Of a DNA stretch of 64,000 bases, positions 27,266 through 37,524 are shown one piece after another. Under the pieces are notes generated by a model that saw only the letters and a program-made list of their open reading frames with translations, ran no database searches and was not told the origin of the DNA. A program made the translations under genes and the position numbers. Where the stretch lies: positions 22,940,001 to 23,004,000 of the forward strand of contig OZ024763.1 of NCBI GenBank assembly GCA_964016885.1. The letters run 5' to 3'. Positions within the stretch are counted from its first letter, which is position 1. Each line of letters opens with the position of its first letter. This stretch comes from Eledone cirrhosa (Eukaryota).

Positions 27266-27480
27266 GATAGATAGAGAGAGTGAGAGAGAGAGTTAAATCT
27301 TTTCTGTTTTACCTTGACCATTAGTCTGTGGACAGTCTTATCCAAATGGCGATCAGAACTACTACGGCGACATGTAGGTAACCAAAATCCTTGTTGTTTA
27401 TGGTTCACAAGAAGGAACTTTCCATCGGTCAGCCGAGGGACCAGAATACTGATGATCTGTGAGGAGATTGTAGGGGGCAT
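268..27480 (-). CDS. Multi-exon PPP-family Ser/Thr protein phosphatase with N-terminal Nudix-like region and EF-hand pair; 17 coding exons in window, 3' end lies outside the window
   Basis: Manually spliced exons, all GT-AG and phase-compatible, total 2072 nt. Motifs GDIHG, GDYVDRG, RGNHE, IFCTHGG and WNDP occur in order. C-terminal PPP motifs not yet reached at position 268. Confidence 0.93.
647..749 (-). CDS. Phosphatase exon 16 (ECLTKFG...[13 protein letters not shown])
   Basis: PPP FD-x-(L/M)-PL-x-A motif; ttgcag acceptor, gtgag donor. Confidence 0.97.
1547..1653 (-). CDS. Phosphatase exon 15 (VVSYLF...LLRGNHE)
   Basis: PPP RGNHE motif; tctcag acceptor, gtgagt donor. Confidence 0.97.
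1760..2200. repeat. (CAC/CAT/TAC)n low-complexity tract; similar at 23350-23515
   Basis: Degenerate trinucleotide repeat in an intron. Confidence 0.85.
2230..2360 (-). CDS. Phosphatase exon 14 (GDIHG...GDYVDRG)
   Basis: PPP metal-binding motifs; ttgcag acceptor, gtaagt donor. Confidence 0.97.
2480..2766 (-). mobile_element. Second tRNA-derived SINE family; related copies at 9020-9277(-) and 22650-22780
   Basis: Box A TGGCTTAGTGG, box B GAGTTCGATTC; central TTGAGCAAGACACTT. Confidence 0.78.
3161..5660. repeat. 37-bp minisatellite (GATATACACAGGGATACAGTGTACCTATTGTATACCA), intronic
   Basis: Direct tandem periodicity. Confidence 0.97.
5692..5824 (-). CDS. Phosphatase exon 13 (EAFSWG...[15 protein letters not shown])
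   Basis: ttacag acceptor, gtttgt donor; typical PPP E-x-x-LL-x-L-x-x-P lead-in. Confidence 0.93.
6100..6900. repeat. 48-bp tandem repeat derived from the RTE-tail retroposon
   Basis: 16-codon period; runs directly into the RTE tail at 6900. Confidence 0.95.
7142..7222 (-). CDS. Phosphatase exon 12 ([16 protein letters not shown]...ESK)
   Basis: tttcag acceptor, gtaagt donor, 81 nt. Confidence 0.88.
7966..8282. repeat. 25-bp tandem repeat (TAAAAGAGGGGCAGTTTAGTGTTGT)
   Basis: About 12-13 units. Confidence 0.95.
8352..8443 (-). CDS. Phosphatase exon 11 (TEAVSASS...[10 protein letters not shown])
   Basis: aacag acceptor, gtagga donor, phase 1-0. Confidence 0.86.
9492..9641 (-). CDS. Phosphatase exon 10 (ASDSDS...[19 protein letters not shown]...DLE)
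   Basis: aacag acceptor, gtaag donor, phase 1-1. Confidence 0.88.
9665..10115. repeat. Degenerate ~60-70-bp tandem repeat
   Basis: Recurring gtcttaagatatatattagacttatgacatatt..tttatgatgcatgtatcaaaa. Confidence 0.75.
10241..10436 (+). mobile_element. tRNA-derived SINE with MetaSINE-like core; other copies at 12620-12812(-), 12823-12960, 20205-20395, 21775-21848, 24590-24735(-), 34990-35185, 36925-37118, 45100-45255(-), 57345-57425
   Basis: Box B GAGTTCAAATCC; core GCCTTTCATCC..GGGTCGATAAAATAAAGTACCAG. Confidence 0.85.
10814..10878 (-). CDS. Phosphatase exon 9 ([21 protein letters not shown])
   Basis: aatag acceptor, gtgagt donor, phase 2-1; KKQK may be a nuclear localisation signal (inference). 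Confidence 0.8.
11374..11514 (-). CDS. Phosphatase exon 8 (LFHDDK...[20 protein letters not shown]...SK)
   Basis: ctccag acceptor, gtaag donor, phase 2-2. Confidence 0.88.
11558..11910 (-). mobile_element. Degraded RTE/RTEX-like LINE 3' fragment
   Basis: [31 protein letters not shown]. Confidence 0.75.
13454..13537 (-). CDS. Phosphatase exon 7 ([13 protein letters not shown]...AENIK)
   Basis: atccag acceptor after a (CT)n tract; gtaaaa donor; phase 2-2. Confidence 0.88.
13880..14432 (+). mobile_element. Degraded RTE LINE 3' fragment; related fragments at 39415-39560 and 39625-39830
   Basis: [22 protein letters not shown]; GAA tail. Confidence 0.8.
14583..14756 (-). CDS. Phosphatase exon 6, EF-hand pair ([15 protein letters not shown]...[19 protein letters not shown])
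   Basis: cctcag acceptor, gtaaaa donor; two helix-loop-helix motifs with E at loop position 12. Confidence 0.9.
15350..15670. repeat. 72-bp satellite (with 60-bp variants), left part of an array split by the RTE
   Basis: Unit tattatgtgaggtaaagcctttactgtgaaaatacaatagtatatatagagtaatgtaaatgttatgtgaga. Confidence 0.95.
15671..17862 (-). mobile_element. 5'-truncated RTE-clade LINE with uninterrupted RT frame and (GAT)n tail
   Basis: [48 protein letters not shown]; frame open 16024-17862; agtat duplicated at the junctions. Confidence 0.95.
17863..19347. repeat. 72-bp satellite, right part of the array
   Basis: Same unit, resumes in register after the RTE. Confidence 0.97.
19348..19565 (-). mobile_element. 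Short RTE-tail retroposon with (GAT)n tail; copies at 3040-3160, 6900-7050, 7280-7450, 8740-8870, 12165-12410, 15025-15158, 20575-20765, 22040-22292, 24745-24856, 45400-45520
   Basis: Match to the RTE 3' UTR at 15671-15910; gtaat target-site duplication here. Confidence 0.85.
19604..19727 (-). CDS. Phosphatase exon 5 ([18 protein letters not shown]...DDLFR)
   Basis: tttcag acceptor, gtaata donor, phase 1-2. Confidence 0.88.
19994..20113 (-). CDS. Phosphatase exon 4 (ENDSSMRF...[10 protein letters not shown])
   Basis: atttattccag acceptor gives the phase 1 required by exon 3; gtttgt donor. Confidence 0.78.
20905..21468. repeat. 72-bp satellite array, more diverged
   Basis: Same unit, preceded by MITE body. 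Confidence 0.93.
21598..21712 (-). CDS. Phosphatase exon 3 ([15 protein letters not shown]...[14 protein letters not shown])
   Basis: ccag acceptor, gtattt donor; WFSLEE resembles the C-terminal Nudix W-x-x-x-E-E element. Confidence 0.85.
22882..23022 (-). CDS. Phosphatase exon 2 ([11 protein letters not shown]...DIPTLT)
   Basis: ttgcag acceptor, gtaagt donor, 141 nt, phase 0-0. Confidence 0.85.
23825..24172. repeat. Degenerate 27-bp tandem repeat (cccattaaatccagccctggttgtcac)
   Basis: 27-nt spacing of ccattaaa. Confidence 0.8.
24874..25137 (+). mobile_element. 3' fragment of L1/Tx1-like LINE, nearly identical to 32830-33092
   Basis: Direct sequence match; AATCTATCTAT duplicated on both flanks. 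Confidence 0.88.
26231..26297 (+). ncRNA. Type I hammerhead ribozyme motif
   Basis: CTGATGA 26239; stem II tga.gacagata/tatctgtc.tca; GAAA-cc-act-gg-TA; imperfect stem I tattcttt/aatgaaata. Confidence 0.72.
27313..27480 (-). CDS. Phosphatase coding exon 1 (MPPTISSQ...[17 protein letters not shown]...LMVK), Nudix-like start
   Basis: acaATG start with an in-frame upstream stop; donor AAG|GTAAAA; phase 0. Confidence 0.8.
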
Positions 27481-27670
27481 TGTGTTGTGATGGGCTCAAG
27501 ATTATATGTATTGCATCTTCGAAATACGTATAATGAAATAAACTGGGATGGACTAAAGTAACTGTCTTTCGTTTTATATATATATATATATATATATGAT
27601 AAAGAGTCAGGACGCCGATGGCTGAGCTCCGGCCGTTTCGACAACTAGAATCGAACTGTATATGTGTGTG

Positions 27671-27703
<33 letters not shown>

Positions 27704-27825
27704 CGGCTGATGGCAACCTCTTTTTCCCTCTTTTAAGGGCCTCCGCCTTATTTTTTTAATAAGCTATCTTTATAGCATTTATACGCTTGAGCACATACAT
27801 GATCCTATATATATATGTGTGTATG

Positions 27826-27868
<43 letters not shown>

Positions 27869-27917
27869 AGAGTCGGGACCCGACAGTTGAGCTCTTGCCG
27901 TTTCAGCAGCTAGTTCC

Positions 27918-27982
<65 letters not shown>

Positions 27983-28729
27983 ATAAAAGGTAAACAGAAA
28001 TAACAACACAGTTGGTTATATATATATATATATTCCGTGAGATAGATGGGTTGGGTTGCTTTCCTCCGATGTTTGCTTTCTTCTCAGATACAAAATAAAC
28101 ACTAAATTCCTTCAACAGCTATAACAACACCAAGAAGAAAAGCCCTCTCCCAAACAAAAAACTAAAATCTGTTGATAGTTTCTGGTGATGATATTATGGC
28201 GGCGGAAAATATTGTTATTACTCCTGTGTTTGTGTTCTTTAAGGTGTTGGCCTCTACATAATATAACCTCCATGTTGTCAAACAACAATGACAAGAGAGA
28301 GAGAGATGAGGAGGAGGGCCTGCGACGATTTTATAGCGGTGGAGAGGACATTGGTTCTGTGTTATATATATTGTTATAATTATGTCCTGGAGTCTTTGTA
28401 CCAACAGTTTCTTTCTTTCTCTCTCTGAGTGCTCGTTTGTTTTTATCCAATGCTAATTATGTCCGAAGCATATTTTTCTCTCTTCGTATCCAGCTAGCTT
28501 TTACATTTATTGCAAGGTTTTTATTAATTATTATTCATAGTTATATATATATATTTTTTCTTTCTTTTTCTCTCTCTCTTTCTTTCTCTCTAACCCAACG
28601 ACTTATTTTAAAATATCCAATACTAATAATAATATAAGTAAACAACTCCACCATCCGGGAGCTTCCAACAGTAATAGTTGCATTTTTTAAGGGTATGTCA
28701 ATATTTATTTATAAAACTGATTTATATTG

Positions 28730-28794
28730 TATTTTGTCTGATGAAAGCACACCATAATTTAACTTTGTGTCCTTGAAATATGTATAATAAAATA
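28730..28794 (+). ncRNA. Minimal type I hammerhead ribozyme motif
   Basis: Stem I tattttgt/ataaaata, CTGATGA, stem II aag..caca/tgtg..ctt, GAAA-tatgta-TA. Confidence 0.65.
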
Positions 28795-28921
28795 AATATG
28801 GTTTTATAAATATAGTTTCCATTTGTTAATATCGTATATTTACTCCAAATACTTGTTGAGTGCTTTATATCAGTTATAAAAATATTTGCTTGTTGTATCC
28901 CAACAATTTAAATAGAACTTT

Positions 28922-28976
<55 letters not shown>

Positions 28977-29094
28977 AGCAAGTAATTCAACAAATATAAA
29001 TGTTTATAACTGATTCAGAACACTCAACAAGTTTTCTGGAGTATAATATACAATGATATTAAATAAATGGAAACTAGATTTATAAAACCATATT

Positions 29095-29156
29095 TATTCT
29101 ATTATATATATTTCAGGAGTACCAAAAGTTTTGGTACGTTATCATCAGATAAAATA
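29095..29156 (-). ncRNA. Minimal type I hammerhead ribozyme motif, inverted paralog of 28730
   Basis: Stem I tattttat/atagaata, CTGATGA, hairpin gtaccaaaa/ttttggtac, GAAA-tatata-TA. Confidence 0.65.
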
Positions 29157-29598
29157 CGAAGTGTGTTTTATAAATTTTGAGGATAATATATCTTAACGGT
29201 TCAAGTTATCCCTGGATAGGGAAGAGAAGAAAAGTCATATATATATGTATGTATGTATGTATATATATATGGAAACACCACAACAAGTGAACAAGAATAA
29301 CAGATTCTACAACTCCCAACAAAATATTACAACATTATGACCCTCCCCAAGTATAATATATATGTATATGTTAGGTAATTCCGAAGAAAACGTAAAGGAA
29401 AGAGTGCTCTATGTATAAAACAGAGCTATTTAATTAGAAAGTGTTGTTTACTTTCTAATTAAATAAATATATATATGTATTTAATATAGAAAGGCTTCTA
29501 CAGGACTAGAACTGTTTCAGTCGGGAGAAATCATCATTTATACTCTGGTTTATATTGAATACCTTACTGTGGTTACCCCCGATTGAACCCGGGATAAA

Positions 29599-30463
<865 letters not shown>

Positions 30464-30635
30464 TGTTATACTTTGGGAGGGTCATGTTGCCAATAAGAAA
30501 CACACGCACCAGTTGCTTTCACTTCAATTTATTATATATTTATAAATTTATAAATTTACAAATCTACAAACTTATAAGTTTCTGGTTGGTTGGTTGGAAA
30601 AAAGGAGAGGCACAGAGACAGGGAAAGGAGTCCCC

Positions 30636-30680
30636 AGTCACTGATGAGGTCACAGAGTGTGTGACGAAAGGACTATGACT
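30636..30680 (+). ncRNA. Minimal type I hammerhead ribozyme motif
   Basis: agtca-CTGATGA-g-gtcaca-gagtg-tgtgac-GAAA-ggac-TA-tgact: perfect 5-bp stem I and 6-bp stem II. Confidence 0.78.
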
Positions 30681-31010
30681 ATATATAAACAACTATCTGG
30701 TTGTGGAACCAACCAATATAAGTTTGTAGATTTGTAAATTTGTAAATTTATAAATTTATAAATATATAATAAATTGAAGTGAAAGCGTCTGGTGCGTGTG
30801 TTTCTTATTGGCAACATGCCCCTCCCAAAGTATAACAATGTCGGTTTCAACACACGATTTCAGATAAAGAATCTTGCTAAACAAATTCAGAAACGAAATA
30901 TATATATACATTTATATATTTATATATTCGGTATACAAGGATGCAATTCACTTCTAGCACTCAGTGTCATATTACATCGGACCCTAACATCTTCAACTAC
31001 GCATTTTCCT

Positions 31011-31060
<50 letters not shown>

Positions 31061-31338
31061 ACACACGCACAGCGATAATGGTACCCAATGACACGAAACT
31101 CTGATATATATATAAACATATATGGTGTGTGTATGTAGGATTGTGCGTAGTTTTGTTACTGTTAGTGCGTAGTTGTGTGACAGGACACAATTTCACTTGG
31201 TACCTTGCGGTGAAACAAACATGTGTGTATGTGTATATATATATGGGTGTGCATGTGTGTTATATTTATTTATTTATGGGTGATCCTTCGTAAGCGGTAG
31301 ACGATATATATATATATAAATAATTATTGAAAGATATA

Positions 31339-32820
31339 TTTCTTTATTAGCCACAGGGGCACAAAAGAAGGGGACAAATACAAAGGGGGAAGTTTACATA
31401 CAATAAAAACGTGTAAAATGTTATCACAAATGCAATTTAAAAAATTAGTCGATTTTCCCCAATAGGGGGAGACAGTTTATATGGGTAACACATACCCCCG
31501 AAAAAATGTGCAACCCTCATCTCCAGGAGTACGAAGAGTTTGTACCCCTTTCCTCTCCTCCTCCTTTTCCTCAACCTACAGGCTGATATAGAGAGAAGGC
31601 CCATTCACTCGGGCCATTCTCGCCACTTTCACCCACCTTTCATAAAACTTGCTGGGGTACAGCACCTCTCTCTCCATCCTGATTCTTCTTCCAAAGTGGT
31701 ATTTGAAAAAAAGAATCAGTTGTTGGCCGGAGAGAAAGGTGTCTGACCTCAGCCCTTTCAACCTTGTCCACCATACAACCTCTTTCGCCATAGCTAAAAC
31801 ACAAAGGAAAACCGCCTTTCCTTCGTTTTTGAAGGAGGGTGGCGGTTTGATCATGACAATGGACTCGGTGGTCAACCGGATTGGTCCCACCCGCGACAAT
31901 AGTCGTTCTACATAGCCCCACAGGTCAGTGACGCCCGGGCAGTGTACGCGTCGTCGCACTTGCTGCGGATCAACCCTCTATAGAATGACGAAGTGGAGTC
32001 TCCACTGATCGCCGGGTCCGCCTGCCAGAGGGCTGTGAGCGCCTGAGCATATTCGATGTGCCAGTCGCCCATTTTCCTCGGTTTTGCTTGCCCCAGGACT
32101 GCAGCTCGGTCAGCGAGACGAGTCGTGGGAAGGCTCGCCTCACGAACGGGGCCCACACCGGTTGTCCGGTGAGGAATACGAAGAGATGCCGCAGCCTGAG
32201 CGCGTGTTTGCGCATCGTCAGCCACGGCAACCCCAACCCTCCGTTAGAAGGGTGTTGGCAGCAGATGGATCTTCTCACCAAAGGAGCCCGCCTCTTCCAA
32301 AGGAATTGGAAGAGCGCGCGCTCCATTTTGGTGAGCGTTTTGGCTGGACAAGGCACGACGGTCAAGCGGTAGTAGATGGCGGACGCTATAAAAGTGTTCG
32401 CCACCTCCGCTCGACCTTTCAAGGATAGTTTGCACTCGGCCCACTTCTGAGTGCAAACACCTTGGTCGTCACTTCGTTCCAGTTCTTCTCCACCTGGAGG
32501 TCCGGACCAAACCAGACCCCGAGCAGCTTTACTGGTCCTTCCGTCCAGCGTCCGACGACGCCATCGGAAGGCATCGGTTTGCCTCTCCACGATCCGAGTT
32601 GCAAACCGATGGACTTGTCCCGGTTCAGCTTCGCTCCTGTGAAACTTTCGTATTCCTTCAGTAAGGTGCCGACTTCCTCGATTTGCGAGGCGCTCGACAC
32701 CATTACTGTCACGTCGTCGGCTTAGGCCGACGCCGCTTTCCGCAGTCCCGGTTCGAGAGGGATGCCCTGCAATAGCTCCAACTTCTGCAGTAGTGGCTCG
32801 AGAGTCAGTACGTACAGAAA
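31339..32820 (-). mobile_element. 5'-truncated, degraded L1/Tx1-like LINE related to 50354-55980
   Basis: Colinear with ORF2 C-terminal half; YADD tyrosine mutated to TAA at ~32722; deletion near 31950; frameshifts. Confidence 0.9.
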
Positions 32821-32826
32821 TAGATA

Positions 32827-33192
32827 TATTTCTTTATTAGCCACAAGGGCGCAACAAGAAAGGGGACAATACAAAGACATGCCGGGGATTTTACATACAG
32901 TCGTGTAAAAAATATAAAAACAAACAATTTCAACAATCGAAATCCCCTATAGGGGGGAGGCGCCACAAATGGGTTGTTTAATACCCCGTCGATAGAACAA
33001 CCCTCAACTCCAGGAGCGTGTTGTGCAAGTGCTCCTTTCTTCCTTTTGCTCTCTTCCTCAACCTACAGGCTTATAAACAGAGAAGGCCCAATCACTCGGG
33101 CCATTTTCGCTTCATTCACCCACCTTTCAGTAAATTTACCGGGGTGCAGTGCCTCTCTCTCCACTCTGATTCTCCTTCTAAAGTGATACTTA
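32827..33192 (-). mobile_element. 3' fragment of L1/Tx1-like LINE with 20-bp target-site duplication
   Basis: AGTACGTACAGAAATAGATA at 32807-32826 and 33193-33212. Confidence 0.85.
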
Positions 33193-33564
33193 AGTACGTA
33201 CAGAAATAGATAGAAAGATAGATATGTTTAGATAGATAGACAGACAGACTGAGTTACGGAGAATGGCGGAATACATCGGTTCGTTTGTTTACATTTTGTC
33301 TACCGCTAACGAAGGATTGACTCTTCTCAATAAATTAAAACATATCAAACATTAATGGAAATAAGACAAAGAAAGCCGACAATCTGCCGTTGACAAGAGA
33401 CGGGCATTAGTTGTATATTTTAATTATGTTATTTTTTAGTCCGGCGAGGGACTTTTTGTCCTGGAACCGGGAAGACTTTTCCGGTGAAGAAATATTTGAT
33501 GTACCCGTGTGTTTTTTCCCCGTATCCTGCGATGGTCTCGGTTACCGACTCAATATATAATATG

Positions 33565-33687
33565 CAGTATAATTCCGTTATAACGAGATCGACCTAACAT
33601 GTTCAGCGTGTAGCCGGGGATTGAAAAAAACTTTGTTATACTGAAAAATTCGTTATAATGGTATTTGTTATAACGGAATTTTACCTG
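33565..33687. mobile_element. Pogo/Tigger-like MITE
   Basis: Terminal inverted repeats CAG.TA.AATTCCGTTATAAC. Confidence 0.6.
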
Positions 33688-33805
33688 TGTATATATTTAT
33701 ATATATATATATATATTATTATTATTATGTAATAATAATAATAATTAAGCTCTGTTGCATACATAGAGCACTCTTTTTTCCTGGACTTTTCCGATGGAAT
33801 TACTT

Positions 33806-33864
<59 letters not shown>

Positions 33865-33949
33865 TTATTTATTTATCCCAGGTTCAATCGGGGGTAACCA
33901 CAGTAAGGTACTCAATACATAGCAGAGTATAAATATTTAATATATAACT

Positions 33950-34044
33950 GGCTTCTACAGGACTAGAACTGTTTCATTCGGAGGAAATCATCAGGAAAGC
34001 TTTCCTGATGATTTCCTCTAAATGAAACAGTTCTAGTAGAAGCC
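33950..34044. ncRNA. Palindrome of two back-to-back hammerhead motifs (minus copy intact, plus copy with a stem III deletion)
   Basis: Centre aagctt at 33997-34002; minus strand reads CTGATGA-tttcctccgaat-GAAA-cag-ttctagtc-ctg-TA-gaagc. Confidence 0.7.
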
Positions 34045-34051
34045 ATTTCTA

Positions 34052-34625
34052 TCTCCTTATAATATATAACCAGCAATTTCTCTGTCTGTCTGTCCGACAG
34101 TGGAAACACGTGCGCGCGTGCGAATGTTTTTTGCGCACGCGTAGAGAGAGAGTGAGAATGAAAGAAAGAGACAGACTACGAGAGGGGGATAGCGGGAGGG
34201 AGAGAAGGAGAGAGAGAGAGAGTGAATAGACGCTAAAACACGTGCGCGCGTGCGAATGTTTTTTGCGCACGCGTAGAGAGAGGGAGAGTGAAAAAAAGAG
34301 ACAGACTACAAGAGGGGGATAGCGGGAGGGAGAGAGGGGGGAATTGAGGAGTGCTACAGAAACATATATACATTTCTGTGTGTGTGTAATATATATATAT
34401 ATATATACACACACACAGAAATATATATACATTTCTGTGTGTAATATATATATATACACACAGAAATATATATACATTTCTGTGTGTAATATATATATAT
34501 ACACACAGAAATATATATACATTTCTGTGTGTAATATATATATATACACACAGAAATATATATACATTTCTGTGTGTAATATATATATATACACACAGAA
34601 ATATATATACATTTCTGTGTGTTAA

Positions 34626-34656
<31 letters not shown>

Positions 34657-35329
34657 GAAATATATATATATTTCCGTGTGTGTATATATATATATATATT
34701 ACACACACAGAAATGTATATATATATACACACAGAAATATATATACATCCCTTAGCTACTGTACTATATCTGTTGCTATCTCTCTCTCTCTCTCTCCAGC
34801 TATCCCTCTCTTTTAGTCTGTCTGTTTCTCTCACTCTCACTCTTTCTCTTTGTAACACACTAACATTCCTCCCCTCTATCGCTGTGACGAATGGGGAGAT
34901 GGAGGAGGAGGAGGAGGAGAGAGTCACTTCGTCACTTCACCTCTGCCTTTCTTTCTCTCCCCTCTCACTCCCTCATTATGTACAGACATTAGGGCGGTGG
35001 ATTGGCAGAATCTGTAGAAAGTCGGACACCATGCTTCATAGCATGGAGTTACGTCCATTTACGGTCTGAGTTCAAATACCGCCGAGGTTAACTTTGCTTT
35101 TCATTTTCACGGGGTCGATAAAATAAAGTACCAGTAATGTACTAGGTAATAGCTGGCCTTGTGCCAAAAGTAGAAATAATTATTAGAAACATTGCTTCAT
35201 TTTTACATATCTAAGCATTAGTAAAATAACTAATAATTTCAAAAGTAATTTTTCAATTCCAATTGTTATGAACAGCAAAAGATTAATAATAATTTTGTTC
35301 TAAGAAATATATATACATTTCTGTGTGTG

Positions 35330-35371
<42 letters not shown>

Positions 35372-36016
35372 CACACACATACGTCTCATTTATATTTATA
35401 CTCGGATTCTTTTCCTAGAGTGCTTAAACTATCTGTGACTAATCCCGGTTTTTTTCATAAAAACTGTGATAATTATTGCTATTTTGCTGAACTCCTTGTA
35501 GAGTTTTTTTCAGAATGTATTTGACTGCTATTTCTTGTAAATAAACATTCACTTCCATCCTGACGTCACTAGCCCCGTTTTTTCCTCATGTGCTTTTTCA
35601 TAAATACACATGAAGGCGAACTAGCCAGTTTTAGAATTCCCTTTTTCGGACTATATTACTGTGAGAGCCCTGGTTTTCTGTTGAGCTCTGCTGATGAATG
35701 ATATTCCAACCGTGACCATCTCCACTGAAAGTTTTCATGAAATAGTCTTTTAAGACTATACAGAGCATTTGATGTTATTCCAAATTGAAGGATAAGTGTT
35801 TCAAACTTTGTTTTATCATGAGTTAAAGGTCTATAGATTTTTCCATGGATTTTACTAAATTCTGTGGATGAATTTGTATCCTGATTCTCTTTTGAGATGA
35901 GTTTGAGTTATTTTTCCTAAATCTTTCGTTAACTACTTTTCCCATCTTGACGTTATAGTCGCATATATGTTATAGAATGCCGTTAGCTTCTTGCTAAAAC
36001 AATCTCTATACGTCTC

Positions 36017-36071
<55 letters not shown>

Positions 36072-36638
36072 CACACACAAATATATATACATTTCTATGT
36101 GTGTAATATATATATATATACACACACACACAGAAATATATGGGCATTTCTCTGTTTGTCTGTCTGTCTGTCCCTAAAACTCAAATGTAGGTGCTACAGA
36201 AATATTACCTTCCCCTTCCTTTCTCCACTTTGGTACTACCAAGAGAAACACTGTCGCTATAGAAACATTACCTTCCCCTCTCCACTGACTTTGGTCACTG
36301 AGGCCGAGGGAATCGCTGGTTGCTATAGAGACACCTTGCACAAGCCAGAAGTAACCAGTTCGAGGCGGTTCTGATTTGACACCATGCCAAGGACCATTTG
36401 AAGAAGGTTGCCATTGAATTTGTGGTTGTTGCTGCTGATAATAAGGACCATTTGAAGAAGGTTGCTGCTGATGAGGTAATTTATTAATCAGATTGTGCAG
36501 TTCCATAACCTCAGTCTGGAGCTGCGGGATTTGATTAATACGTTTGATTTGTTCAATTTCTCATCCAAATGTCAACAATATCAGTATATACACTAGATTT
36601 GCTAGCAGAAAACCGCCCACCGGGTGGTTTTCTGCTAG
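34052..36638 (+). mobile_element. Non-autonomous Helitron, copy 1
   Basis: A|TC 5' end; 3' hairpin ending CTAG; carries a SINE and a palindromic minisatellite. Confidence 0.75.
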
Positions 36639-37487
36639 TCTGCTTATAATATATAACCAGCAATTTCTCTGTCTGTCTGACAGTGGAAACACGTGCGCGC
36701 GTGGTTGCTATCTCTCTCTCTCTCCAGCTATCCCTCTCTTTTAGTCTGTCTGTTTCTCTCACTCTCACTCTTTCTCTTTGTCTTTGTAACACACTAACAT
36801 TCCTCCCCTCTATCGCTGTGACGAATGGGGAGATGGAGGAGGAGGAGGAGGAGAGAGTCACTTCGTCACTTCACCTCTGCCTTTCTTTCTCTCCCCTCTC
36901 ACTCCCTCATTACATACAGACATTAGGGCGGTGGATTGGCAGAATCTGTAGAGAGTCGGACACCATGCTTCATAGCATGGAGTTACGTCCCTTTACGGTC
37001 TGAGTTCAAATACCGCCGAGGTTAACTTTGCCTTTCATCCTCACAAGGTCGATAAAATAAAGTACCAGTAATGTACTGGGTAATTGCTGGCCTTGTGCCA
37101 AAAGTAGAAACAATTATTAGAAACATTGCTTCATTTTTACATATCTAAGCATTAGTAAAATAACTAATAATTTCAAAAGTAATTTTTCAATTCCAATTGT
37201 TATGAACAGCAAAACATTAATAATAATTTTGTTCTAAGAAATATATATACATTTCTGTGTGTGTAATATATATATATACACACAGAAATATATATACATT
37301 CCTGTGTGTGTAATATATATATATACACACAGAAATATATATACATTTCTGTGTATGTAATATATATATATATATATACACACAGAAATATATATACATT
37401 CCTGTGTGTAATATATATATATATATATACACACACAGAAATATATATATATACACACAGAAATATATATACATTTCTGTGTGTGTA

Positions 37488-37524
<37 letters not shown>

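Noticed and set aside
268-27480. Naming the gene PPEF/rdgC or PP1
   Set aside because: EF-hands are N-terminal to the catalytic domain and the linker is unlike either; no symbol assigned
35685-35745. CTGATGA..GAAA candidate hammerhead
   Set aside because: No convincing stems
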